This document shows, in pieces, positions 54,649-63,091 of a DNA stretch of 64,000 nt; the stretch's first letter is position 1, and each line of letters opens with the position of its first letter. The notes beneath the pieces were generated by a model, which worked only from the letters and a program-made list of their open reading frames with translations, was not told the origin of the DNA and searched no databases. The position numbers were made by a program, and so were the translations under genes. Where the stretch lies: IMG/VR virus record IMGVR_UViG_3300029288_000161, positions 6,937 to 70,936 of that record; one strand, written 5' to 3'. The DNA comes from a virus (taxonomy: Duplodnaviria; Caudoviricetes).

Positions 54649-55106
54649 CAGACTGCCGGGTTTTTTGATTCTTTGGTTTCATGATTTATGGCTTTAGTAT
54701 AAAAATCACAGATTGCTTCGAACAAACTATTACCCACCCCATATAGGGATTGCATCATATCAATAAAATCGGGAGGTTTAACAAAGAAAGATGAACCGTC
54801 CAGATCGTGATTTAAACCAACTCTTTGAAGGTAATTAACTGCATCTTCATTGGTAATTTTCCATTTTGTTACAAGCTCTTTAATCCTTTCAGGGTTTGCA
54901 CCAAATATACCTGCAGCGATGAGCATATTATATGCATCCATTCGGTTTTCAAGATCAAGTATCCACCACTTTTTTACAAATGTGGATTCTTCGAAGTCCA
55001 GCGTATCTGCATGCCTTGTTTTATGGATCAGATCGCCATTTTCGTGGAGATAATAATAGCAATAGTTATCCCCATGATTTATACCGGTTCCTGTGTCCTG
55101 TTTCAT
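54648..55106 (-). CDS. Hypothetical protein
   Basis: Closed ORF in the operon. Confidence 0.65.
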   Translation of the reverse strand: MKQDTGTGINHGDNYCYYYLHENGDLIHKTRHADTLDFEESTFVKKWWILDLENRMDAYNMLIAAGIFGANPERIKELVTKWKITNEDAVNYLQRVGLNHDLDGSSFFVKPPDFIDMMQSLYGVGNSLFEAICDFYTKAINHETKESKNPAV

Positions 55107-55366
55107 AGTTGCATAGTTGAAACAAATCTGGTTTTTTTGCCTTCATTAGGCTCGAATTTTTCAGCTTTCTCATTCATGATGATGAGCTTCATTCCACAAA
55201 ACCATACCCAATCAAGCATATCATGCTTTTTCCCATCCTTGGTATGATAATGAATTGTCTGTGAAGAAATGGAATCAATACCTGTCCTATCCTTAACTTT
55301 TTTAACATATTCCCCCACTGTCAGGCATTGATCGAGAGTTACTTTATTGATGTCTTTAATTTCCAT
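55103..55366 (-). CDS. Small HTH-like protein
   Basis: LTVGEYV...ISSQTIHYH pattern. Confidence 0.55.
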   Translation of the reverse strand: MEIKDINKVTLDQCLTVGEYVKKVKDRTGIDSISSQTIHYHTKDGKKHDMLDWVWFCGMKLIIMNEKAEKFEPNEGKKTRFVSTMQL

Positions 55367-55372
55367 ATATAA

Positions 55373-56014
55373 TTATTTTTTTGTGACAACCTTATCCAAA
55401 AGAGTAACCTCACTGTTCGGGTCCATCGTTTTAGCCTGAAGGTGTACTTCCCAAGGGCGCAACCAACGCCAAAGAAAAAATACCTGCTTGCCTTTTTTGT
55501 TTGGTTTTCTCACCCAATAATCAGCCAAAAGAAGAGTATCAGAATGGAGGTATTGGACATTTACCGAGTCCAATGATTCGGGAATTATAATCATCTCATC
55601 GAGATAATCGTTATTATAAAATGCGATTTTATAATCTTTTTCTTTAACAGTGGTATCTTTCAAGGGAACAGTAAATTCACCGGAAACCTCTGTTCCTACA
55701 ATTGTAAATCCTGAAAGGTTTTTTATTTTACCGTTGAGCGCACTAATTTCTTTATAAGCCCAAGCCAGCCGGATTTGATAATTATTGAGTTCACTTGAGT
55801 CTCTTTTAGAGACAGCTTCCATCTCAGACAGTCTCGTTTGGACTGCCTGAGTGAAGCTCACCTGATGCCCAAGTTCATCGGTATATTTTCCTTTTATGGT
55901 TTCGATTTCGTCCCGGTATTCAATCTTTTCAGTCCTATTGTGTAGAACTAAAAATGTGATTACCAAGGATGCAATTATCAAAAGCCCAATCAAAATTAAA
56001 GTAATTTTTTTCAT
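55373..56014 (-). CDS. Spanin-like membrane-anchored lysis protein
   Basis: N-terminal TM helix, coiled coil, C-terminal FFLWRWLRPW; starts 2 nt after the amidase. Confidence 0.55.
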   Translation of the reverse strand: MKKITLILIGLLIIASLVITFLVLHNRTEKIEYRDEIETIKGKYTDELGHQVSFTQAVQTRLSEMEAVSKRDSSELNNYQIRLAWAYKEISALNGKIKNLSGFTIVGTEVSGEFTVPLKDTTVKEKDYKIAFYNNDYLDEMIIIPESLDSVNVQYLHSDTLLLADYWVRKPNKKGKQVFFLWRWLRPWEVHLQAKTMDPNSEVTLLDKVVTKK

Positions 56015-56016
56015 AA

Positions 56017-56754
56017 TTATGGTTTTACTGTTACTGGATTAATATAGTTTGTTAAACCAATTTCCCGCATAACACGGGCAATGGCATCAAAATAGACAAA
56101 TTCAAGTTCTTTATTCCAAGCCTTATCCATTAGTTTTGCCAAATCTGTGCGGACATCCATGAAATTATTTTCAATGAGGATACCGGCATATTTTGCTTTG
56201 ATTATTTTATTTCCTGATTTATAGCCATGAATCACCATAAAATCAGCCTCGCGATCCTTATCCTTTATTTTTTCATTAGGCCCAAGGGCATAATCAAATC
56301 GGAATGTTTCTTTTGGGAGAGATTCTTTAAAAACATTGCCCATATAATCAACAATGCTATCTGCCATTGTTTCTCCCTTATCTGTGAAGAAAGTAAAACC
56401 TCCGGGTCCGGACCAAAAAGCAGGGGGATTTTTCAAAGCATCATTATGAAGGGAAAGCATAATAACCAAATCATAAACCCCGCATATTTCATTATAAGTT
56501 TTAACCCTTTTTATAAGCCCTGGCTCTTTAGGCTCATCCAGAAATGGAGATTTAATCATGAAGCCTTTGAGTTTATTCAGAAGATCAATAATGCCTTCTA
56601 TCCTTTCCCGGCTCCATTTATATTCCCGGTGTTTTCCATCGGGGGATCGTTTTCCGGCGACATCTTCGCCATGGGCCGGATCGAAAACCACGCAGGCAGA
56701 TTTGAACATGCCTGCGTAGTTTTTCAATTCTTTAAAATAGGGAACTTCTTTCAT
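56017..56754 (-). CDS. N-acetylmuramoyl-L-alanine amidase (Amidase_3), endolysin
   Basis: FDPAHG...GKRSPDG..REY (Zn ligands H, E), SLHND, ILIENNFMD. Confidence 0.92.
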   Translation of the reverse strand: MKEVPYFKELKNYAGMFKSACVVFDPAHGEDVAGKRSPDGKHREYKWSRERIEGIIDLLNKLKGFMIKSPFLDEPKEPGLIKRVKTYNEICGVYDLVIMLSLHNDALKNPPAFWSGPGGFTFFTDKGETMADSIVDYMGNVFKESLPKETFRFDYALGPNEKIKDKDREADFMVIHGYKSGNKIIKAKYAGILIENNFMDVRTDLAKLMDKAWNKELEFVYFDAIARVMREIGLTNYINPVTVKP

Positions 56755-56774
56755 TTACTTTGTTTTAAGATCAT

Positions 56775-56806
56775 CAAAAATAACTATTTTTTTGACAATT
56801 AACAAA
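56775..56806 (-). promoter_or_regulatory. Bacteroidota-type promoter upstream of the amidase
   Basis: TTTG-N20-TATTTTTG. Confidence 0.55.
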
Positions 56807-56817
56807 ACATCACCTTA

Positions 56818-57519
56818 TTAAATAGGGGAATGTTCATCATCATCCGAACCCGGCTCTTGGGATTGATTTTCTTCCCTGAACTGATCCTCGTCCTGATATT
56901 TCTCCGGTGTGAACCCTTCCAAATCAAATAATGTGCGCTGATCCTCAGTGGTGAGGTTTTCGGAATGAAGAAGCTCCTCTGATTCGGGGTGGACAAAATA
57001 CTTCTTATTCTCTTTGAAATCAAAAATGACCCGGCATTCCTTATTCTGAATTTCATATTTCAGCCGGTACTTATTAGCATGTTCACTGATCTCAGTTTCG
57101 AGGGTTGCAATCTGATCGGCATACCTTTTGGATACTTGTTTCTTTTCATCTTCCAAATCCTCTTTTTCCTTTTGTTTTTGGGAAAATTCATCGGCAATAA
57201 TATCAAGCTCCTCCGGTGTGTAGGTATGCTTGATATCTTTCATTTTAGTTACCGGAAGAGTAACCGATTCTTTTCCGATAGCTTTAAACTGCAGATCGAC
57301 ATAATCCGGGCAGTACCTTTTCAATTGAAAAAATTCTATACCGGTAACATTTTCAAAGCACGTAAATGGCTCCTCCTCCCTTTTGAAAAGAGGGTTTTTA
57401 ACTGTGTTTTTCATGCCATCATTGATGGCATTTTCTGTGATGACTTTGATAACCTCTTCGAGTTCCTCAATGTGCATCGCAGGGTTGACGATCAATCGTC
57501 CGTTTGTAATTAAAAGCAT
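56818..57519 (-). CDS. Hypothetical protein with coiled coil
   Basis: 233 aa closed ORF with a charged coiled coil; function unknown. Confidence 0.7.
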   Translation of the reverse strand: MLLITNGRLIVNPAMHIEELEEVIKVITENAINDGMKNTVKNPLFKREEEPFTCFENVTGIEFFQLKRYCPDYVDLQFKAIGKESVTLPVTKMKDIKHTYTPEELDIIADEFSQKQKEKEDLEDEKKQVSKRYADQIATLETEISEHANKYRLKYEIQNKECRVIFDFKENKKYFVHPESEELLHSENLTTEDQRTLFDLEGFTPEKYQDEDQFREENQSQEPGSDDDEHSPI

Positions 57520-57529
57520 AGTTTAAAAT

Positions 57530-57688
57530 TTAATTGTTAATAAAATGTTTATTATCTTCTATTTCAATACACTTTGCATCCTTAATCCAAGGACATGGTT
57601 CACAACTATCATGATAATGTGGTTTCCTTGCACCACATAAATGATCGCATCCTGGCGATCCGATTGAATTACAAATTACTTTGTTCAT
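57530..57688 (-). CDS. Small Cys/His-rich protein (52 aa, not in the ORF track)
   Basis: MNKVICNSIGSPGCDHLCGARKPHYHDSCEPCPWIKDAKC...; ATGA-type overlap with the VRR-NUC stop region. Confidence 0.55.
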   Translation of the reverse strand: MNKVICNSIGSPGCDHLCGARKPHYHDSCEPCPWIKDAKCIEIEDNKHFINN

Positions 57689-58122
57689 AACTTCATATAA
57701 TCGTTAATAGCACTCATAAACTGTTCAATTGTCCGGTAAACCACTACTTTATAACCTTGGTTCTGGACTTCGTGAATAAATACTTCCTGTTCATCCGATA
57801 GAGTCCCTTTTTCTGTTTTGGTTTCCAAATAAAAACCATGATACCGGCCCCGGGGAACCGAAAGGAATAAATCCAGGACACCCTCAACCACACCTTCCTT
57901 TTTCAATCTTTGGGCTTCAGGAGAATATCTTTTGACCTGGCCAGCCCTATTGGTATATTCCTTTTTTGGACGTTTCCCACCATTGGGTATTGCGAAGAGT
58001 AATTTTTGAAATGGAGAATATTGATAACGAAACCACAACACAGCTGCGCTTTGTAGTTCATGCTCCCTGTTACTTCTCCTTTTTTTAGGCTTGCTTAATT
58101 CTGAAGGCAGTTTCATCATCAT
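57685..58122 (-). CDS. VRR-NUC nuclease (Holliday junction resolvase-like)
   Basis: EHELQ...FAIPNGG...GVLDLF...YLETKT..G.LSDEQ. Confidence 0.9.
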   Translation of the reverse strand: MMMKLPSELSKPKKRRSNREHELQSAAVLWFRYQYSPFQKLLFAIPNGGKRPKKEYTNRAGQVKRYSPEAQRLKKEGVVEGVLDLFLSVPRGRYHGFYLETKTEKGTLSDEQEVFIHEVQNQGYKVVVYRTIEQFMSAINDYMKL

Positions 58123-58260
58123 TAAATTCTATTTTTCTTTGTTTCCAAATGAATGCATCTGATATTTCAATTATTCCCCTGTGAAATTCGTCCGGAATAT
58201 CTTTAAACTCGATCCATTGATTGTATGGAAGAGTAAGTAAAAAATCCTCTGCAATTGTTG

Positions 58261-59019
58261 TCATTTTCTCAAACTTGTTTGTCCGGGGAAAGGAATGAAA
58301 TTGAACATCTCTTTAAACCTGTCATGAAGCCGGATGTCGTAATTACTCGATATATCCTTCCAGTCGTAATTTGTCGTAACATGGGTTAATTTCCTTTGTG
58401 ATTGAAATATCTCGTATCTGATCATTAGGAAACTATCCAGAAGTTCGTTTATATCACTTCCGAAATGTTTTGCATCATATTTAACCCCAAATTCATTAAT
58501 AACTATATTTTGAGGATTTCTTTGGGTAACTCCATAATTTAATTCAATAACGTTCCAAGTAAACCGGTTCATATTACCCTTATTCTGAAGCTCAAGAATT
58601 ATATCCTCCATGCTTGTTATCGTGAATAAATTGGAGTTGCCATAGGTTAATACTCTCATATAATCCCTGAATGCATTGAATAAAATTGTTTTCCCAATTC
58701 CCCAATTCCCCATAAGACAAATACCTTTATCCAAGGAAATGGAATAATCTTCTACTTTTGGATCGCCGTTAAAATAAAGGATCATTTTTTCAATTATATC
58801 ATTCTGATCAGGCTTTGGAATATAGCCAACAGGCATAAAATTGAATAATAGTTTTTTATTCAATTCCATCTCTTCGGAATTATCAATCGTCTGGAGTTGA
58901 GAAATGGCTTTTCGTTGTTTCCTGTCTTCTTTTCTCCCTTGCACTTTCTTTAGTATTGATTCTATGTGCATTGTTTTGCGATTTCTCTTTTCCATCGCTT
59001 CCTGTTCCTGGTTCGCCAT
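58261..59019 (-). CDS. P-loop ATPase, helicase-loader-like (start uncertain)
   Basis: GNWGIGKT Walker A, INEFG, THVTTNY...YDIRLHDRFKEMFN; follows the initiator. Confidence 0.85.
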   Translation of the reverse strand: MANQEQEAMEKRNRKTMHIESILKKVQGRKEDRKQRKAISQLQTIDNSEEMELNKKLLFNFMPVGYIPKPDQNDIIEKMILYFNGDPKVEDYSISLDKGICLMGNWGIGKTILFNAFRDYMRVLTYGNSNLFTITSMEDIILELQNKGNMNRFTWNVIELNYGVTQRNPQNIVINEFGVKYDAKHFGSDINELLDSFLMIRYEIFQSQRKLTHVTTNYDWKDISSNYDIRLHDRFKEMFNFIPFPGQTSLRK

Positions 59020-59815
59020 TTGAATTATTTTTAATTGTGAGTAATAATTGCTGGACTTGTTTCCTGAGTTTTTCAGTTGAAAGAATATTTTTTTGCCAGA
59101 ATAAATCTGTTTTCAGAAAATGATGTATTTCCCGGAGTTGATCTATCGTTGCCTCTTTATTTTCAATAATTAATCTGATTGCGGGTACCCAATTTTTATA
59201 AACAGCTTTTTCGTGTTTAACAATACTGATACCATTCCTTTCTAAATTACTTTTAATAAGATTCCAAAATTGATATGCGATTAAAGCCGGTTGTTTATCC
59301 TTTTCGGGTATTTCAACCTTTGGAATTAAATTTTTCTTATCGTTATCGTCCGAAATGAAAATTTCGGACATAAGAGTATTATTGATATCAATAACACTGT
59401 CACTTACACTAACAGCGATTGATGCGATTGTCTGCGATTGCACTGTATCGGTTTCCGATCCCATTGTATCGGTATGCGATAACTTGCGATCAGATGCGAT
59501 GGATATACATTCATCAAGATTTAATTCTTTATTTGTGAGCTTTGTATATAAATCCGGATGCCATCTTTTTAAGTTTCCAATTATTCCCCCTTTACTTTTA
59601 TTTTCCTTGGTTAATTCCCATTCTTTTAAATTTCTTTTCAAGGCTTGTTTAATGGGTTCAAATGATATTTGAATGATGAGATCATTAGTCTCTGGATTTT
59701 TGTCATTGACGTATTCTAAAATATGTTTGAATAATTGTCCGGCTTTTTCATCAGGCAGTTTAGAAACCGTATGGATTATATCGGTATAAAGTATAAATGA
59801 TTTTTTACCTTCCAT
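58883..59815 (-). CDS. Replication initiator (DUF6291-like N-terminus)
   Basis: KKSFILYTD...AGQLFKHILEY N-terminus, Ser/Thr/Asp linker carrying iterons, FWQKNILSTEKLRKQ C-terminus. Start moved to ATG 59815 (MEGKKSF). Confidence 0.85.
   Translation of the reverse strand: MEGKKSFILYTDIIHTVSKLPDEKAGQLFKHILEYVNDKNPETNDLIIQISFEPIKQALKRNLKEWELTKENKSKGGIIGNLKRWHPDLYTKLTNKELNLDECISIASDRKLSHTDTMGSETDTVQSQTIASIAVSVSDSVIDINNTLMSEIFISDDNDKKNLIPKVEIPEKDKQPALIAYQFWNLIKSNLERNGISIVKHEKAVYKNWVPAIRLIIENKEATIDQLREIHHFLKTDLFWQKNILSTEKLRKQVQQLLLTIKNNSNGEPGTGSDGKEKSQNNAHRINTKESAREKRRQETTKSHFSTPDD
59411..59500. repeat. Iteron cluster, probable replication origin
   Basis: GCGAT at 59415, 59424, 59434 and 59476, 59486, 59496; TGTATCGGT twice between the two sets. 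Confidence 0.7.
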
Positions 59816-59834
59816 AAAATTTATTGTTGCTAAA

Positions 59835-59890
59835 GAAGGGATGCAAAAAAGCACCCCTTCAAATATAAATCACTTTTGTTAATCATCAAA
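59835..59890 (-). promoter_or_regulatory. Promoter and hairpin upstream of the initiator
   Basis: TTTG-N19-TATATTTG (59890-59860), then GAAGGGGTGC-T6-GCATCCCTTC and a GCAACAATAA leader. Confidence 0.7.
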
Positions 59891-60559
59891 TTTTTTCGGG
59901 GTGATAAATTCAGTTAACTCATGTTGATTACAGAAATTAACAAGTTTGTTAATAACTTCTATTATATCATCCATGATCCCCGGATATCGATATAACCTGA
60001 ACGATTCCCGCTTAATTTCAACTGGCTTATCCTTCAGTTTTTTCCAACAAAAAATATTATATTGGACGCAGTATGCATTGGTTGCAACCAGATAAATTTT
60101 CCATTGAATTGATCGCTCATAATCCTCCAAGTGCCATGATGATTCGGGATTTTTATGCTCGTGAACAACATTACCCTCCATGCCGTCTACTTTCATTGGT
60201 ATCTGAATAGTTCCATACGGTAAAACCAAATCATGGGTTAATTTGACCTCAGAGATTAATTTCGGATGCTTGCGACGGTATTCAATTACCGGGGCAAGCT
60301 CCTGAAGCGTTAAAGTTATCGGTTCCGGGAAATCTTTTTCTTTGATGATACAGATATCCCCTTTCTGAAGATATTTTAAATGGCCATGCTCAAGAACGGC
60401 ATGTATTGCCGATCCATAATTCATTGAAGGCTTCCATTTTGCCTCTCCACGCAAATATTTAACAACATCTTCCAATGTGACAGAGCCATTATATTCCTCA
60501 TCAAGATAAACCCGGAAATTTTCCAGTTTCGAAGGTGACATTCTGTAGATCATAATCAC
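59879..60559 (-). CDS. PD-(D/E)XK exonuclease (recombination)
   Basis: SPSKLENF...GSAIHAVLE...KVDG...HEHK...QWKIY. Confidence 0.8.
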   Translation of the reverse strand: MIMIYRMSPSKLENFRVYLDEEYNGSVTLEDVVKYLRGEAKWKPSMNYGSAIHAVLEHGHLKYLQKGDICIIKEKDFPEPITLTLQELAPVIEYRRKHPKLISEVKLTHDLVLPYGTIQIPMKVDGMEGNVVHEHKNPESSWHLEDYERSIQWKIYLVATNAYCVQYNIFCWKKLKDKPVEIKRESFRLYRYPGIMDDIIEVINKLVNFCNQHELTEFITPKKFDD

Positions 60560-61314
60560 CTCCCCGCTCTTATTTTCTCATCCTGATAAATTCTGACACC
60601 GGGTATTTCCCTTGTGCCTGAACGGACGGCTGTTTGAATTTTGGAAGCGTCGGATGAGCAGTACTGCCTTGGGATCAAATCTTCGTTTTCGATTTCATAT
60701 TTCCATGTTACTGTAAGCCCTTTAATTGCCGGGGCCGAAATTACAGGCTGTATGATAACCTTTTCTGCTTCTTTTTTTGCTTCTTCAATGACTTCATCAC
60801 TGGCGAGCGGCCCAAGGTTTTTGATTTCTGCCTGTTTCTCCACGATGGCAGTTTGTTGATCTGCCAGTTCCTTGGATACACGATCCCTTTCAAGTTTATT
60901 AAAAGCCAGTATCGCTTTTTCAACTTCAGCGATCAAATCTGTCAGTTCCTTACAAAGCTCGTCTGCCTTTTCTTTGAGCTTACGCTGTGCCTCATCGATC
61001 TTTCGTTTTTGATCTTTAAGTGGACCACACATTTTTGTTACTTCCTTGTTAATAAGATTTATCAACTTTTTCCCCTTTCCAAGATTGTCATTGGCTTTTA
61101 TGAGATCATTGGCATTGTTGATAACTTTATTATCCTTCAGGACTTCGGTACCCTTTTTTAATTGGGAAGTAAAAATACTCAGCGCATCAATTTTAACCTC
61201 CGAACTTTCTATTTTAATCAAGCCGGTTTCTTCGACTTTATTTAATTCAGTTTCTCCCATATTAGAAAATTTTAGGTTCTTTAATTGTTTGATTTTCGCC
61301 CGTTTTCTTTGCAT
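60556..61314 (-). CDS. Gp157/Gam-like coiled-coil protein
   Basis: Long coiled coil with TWKYEI...LIPRQY...EIPGVRIY C-terminus. Confidence 0.7.
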   Translation of the reverse strand: MQRKRAKIKQLKNLKFSNMGETELNKVEETGLIKIESSEVKIDALSIFTSQLKKGTEVLKDNKVINNANDLIKANDNLGKGKKLINLINKEVTKMCGPLKDQKRKIDEAQRKLKEKADELCKELTDLIAEVEKAILAFNKLERDRVSKELADQQTAIVEKQAEIKNLGPLASDEVIEEAKKEAEKVIIQPVISAPAIKGLTVTWKYEIENEDLIPRQYCSSDASKIQTAVRSGTREIPGVRIYQDEKIRAGR

Positions 61315-62500
61315 CCGGAGCTTTTAACTGCAATTGGTTATCCGCAGGGCCACCCGTTTGAACATTGGCATCAGTGGCATTTTGCACCTGGTCTGATTTT
61401 GGTTTTTCTCCAGTTTCCCCGGCATGATCATCGGGAATAACAGAAGGCTTCCCTGTCTTATCCAAATACATGCCCATGCCTTCGTCCCATCTGAACCCGA
61501 GTTCCTTAACTTTTGCCATAAGAGAACTGCGCAGTTGTTTCTTTACCATTTCGGGGGTATTTTTAACCATTTCTACAAGAGTATCCATTTGAACAGTGTA
61601 TTTCACATCTTTGAGAAGATCCGCGAAGAAAAGACCGTATTTTTCATTTAATGGCTTGCTTAATTGGATACGATAAGTCTGAGACATATCCATGATGGCA
61701 TCTGCAACCGGGTTTAACTCCTCGATCGTTTTTGCTGCAGCGATCTTATCCTGATTATCCTGAACCAGTTTAAGGGCATCCTCCTGCGCTTTTGTCATTT
61801 CATTCATCTTTGCTTTGCAATCGGAAATAATCCGTGCCATGAATGTTGCATATTCCGGATCGCTAAAATTTGGAACCACCTGCTTTTGAATTTGGGCAGA
61901 GTTTTTTCCAACATGGCGATCACATGGGTTAAAATCTATCACCCTTCTATCTCCCTCAGTTTCCATGTAACCCACCATATCCGCCACTCCTTTGATGATG
62001 TCGTAAGAGCCCCCGGTGATCTTCGGTTTCTTTTTTATGGAATCCTTTACATTTTCATCATCATCATGGGCAATGAAAATCAGATCAATCCGCTTGGATT
62101 TCATTTCATTAACAAAAGCATTGAAAACATTCTTCATTGCTCCATAGCCACCAAGGGCCAAAGCCCCATCCTTTTTCGCATTTTTAGGATCGTCCCTGAT
62201 AACCGATTGAGAAACGTAATTGTCCAGCATAGTACCAACGGTATCAAATATCAACGTTTTTATACCAAGCTGCTCAAGCTGCCCGGAACGATGGAATTCA
62301 ACAGCATCCTCCCAAGAGTCCATTTTAAGGGCTTTCTTCCTGCCTATTGCCCTCTGCAATCCGCCGTCGAAGTCCTCTAATAATGGGTTTTCTGCAGTAA
62401 AACTTATGGAAGTTTTACCAATGCCAGGCTCACCGAAAAGCAAAATAATAATCGCTTCAATGAGTAGAGCCTCATCTTCACTAATGATCTTGTACGCCAT
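61262..62500 (-). CDS. AAA ATPase, Sak4-like recombinase (AAA_24)
   Basis: FGEPGIGKTS, EDFDGG, IFDTVG, FIAHD, ADMVGYM; C-terminal extension. Confidence 0.85.
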   Translation of the reverse strand: MAYKIISEDEALLIEAIIILLFGEPGIGKTSISFTAENPLLEDFDGGLQRAIGRKKALKMDSWEDAVEFHRSGQLEQLGIKTLIFDTVGTMLDNYVSQSVIRDDPKNAKKDGALALGGYGAMKNVFNAFVNEMKSKRIDLIFIAHDDDENVKDSIKKKPKITGGSYDIIKGVADMVGYMETEGDRRVIDFNPCDRHVGKNSAQIQKQVVPNFSDPEYATFMARIISDCKAKMNEMTKAQEDALKLVQDNQDKIAAAKTIEELNPVADAIMDMSQTYRIQLSKPLNEKYGLFFADLLKDVKYTVQMDTLVEMVKNTPEMVKKQLRSSLMAKVKELGFRWDEGMGMYLDKTGKPSVIPDDHAGETGEKPKSDQVQNATDANVQTGGPADNQLQLKAPDAKKTGENQTIKEPKIF

Positions 62501-62539
62501 AATTTTTCAAATTTTAATTAATAATTATTGTTGCAAATT

Positions 62540-62585
62540 CAAATATAGATATTCTTTTTTGACTATCATCAAAATAGTTTTGATG
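62540..62585 (-). promoter_or_regulatory. Promoter with palindromic operator upstream of the Sak4-like gene
   Basis: TTTG-N22-TATATTTG; CATCAAAA-TAG-TTTTGATG at 62567-62585; GCAACAATAA leader. Confidence 0.7.
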
Positions 62586-62589
62586 TTTT

Positions 62590-62787
62590 TCAACCATTTG
62601 GAAACTTCTCCCGGAAAAGCCATTCGGGAATTTCAAGCTCTTTTAAAGCCGGTATAAAATTACATTGTGACTTAGGTATCCATATCACATCACCTTCACA
62701 GTTGAACTTGAAACTTTTATCGGTACTGCCCGGAAGCAATGTGGCTTTAATCTTATAATTCGTCCTGTTTCCTTTCTCGAATGCCAT
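62590..62787 (-). CDS. Small hypothetical protein
   Basis: WIPKSQ...IPEWLFREK pattern seen in small phage proteins. Confidence 0.65.
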   Translation of the reverse strand: MAFEKGNRTNYKIKATLLPGSTDKSFKFNCEGDVIWIPKSQCNFIPALKELEIPEWLFREKFPNG

Positions 62788-62788
62788 A

Positions 62789-63091
62789 TTAATTCATGTT
62801 AGCGATTATACTTCCGGACATATCAGTTACCTCATCGATTTTAACAACGATCCTGCGATGCTTTTCCATGCACTCGTCGCAAAAGAAAGGTTCCCCTTCA
62901 AAATAAAACGTGCCAATGACTTTAAAAGTGAAAAATTGATTCGTAATTACAAATCGAAGTCGCCCTGATTCTTTGTGTTTCAGAATAGATTTAAAGAAAG
63001 ATTTCTTTTCTGTTATTACCCTGTCAACTCCAGCGAAGAAGTACTCCACTTTTGCTTTTTCGGCTGTTTTTAAAAATTCATCAATTGTCAT
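62789..63091 (-). CDS. Hypothetical protein
   Basis: Closed ORF; FCDECM possible metal site. Confidence 0.55.
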   Translation of the reverse strand: MTIDEFLKTAEKAKVEYFFAGVDRVITEKKSFFKSILKHKESGRLRFVITNQFFTFKVIGTFYFEGEPFFCDECMEKHRRIVVKIDEVTDMSGSIIANMN

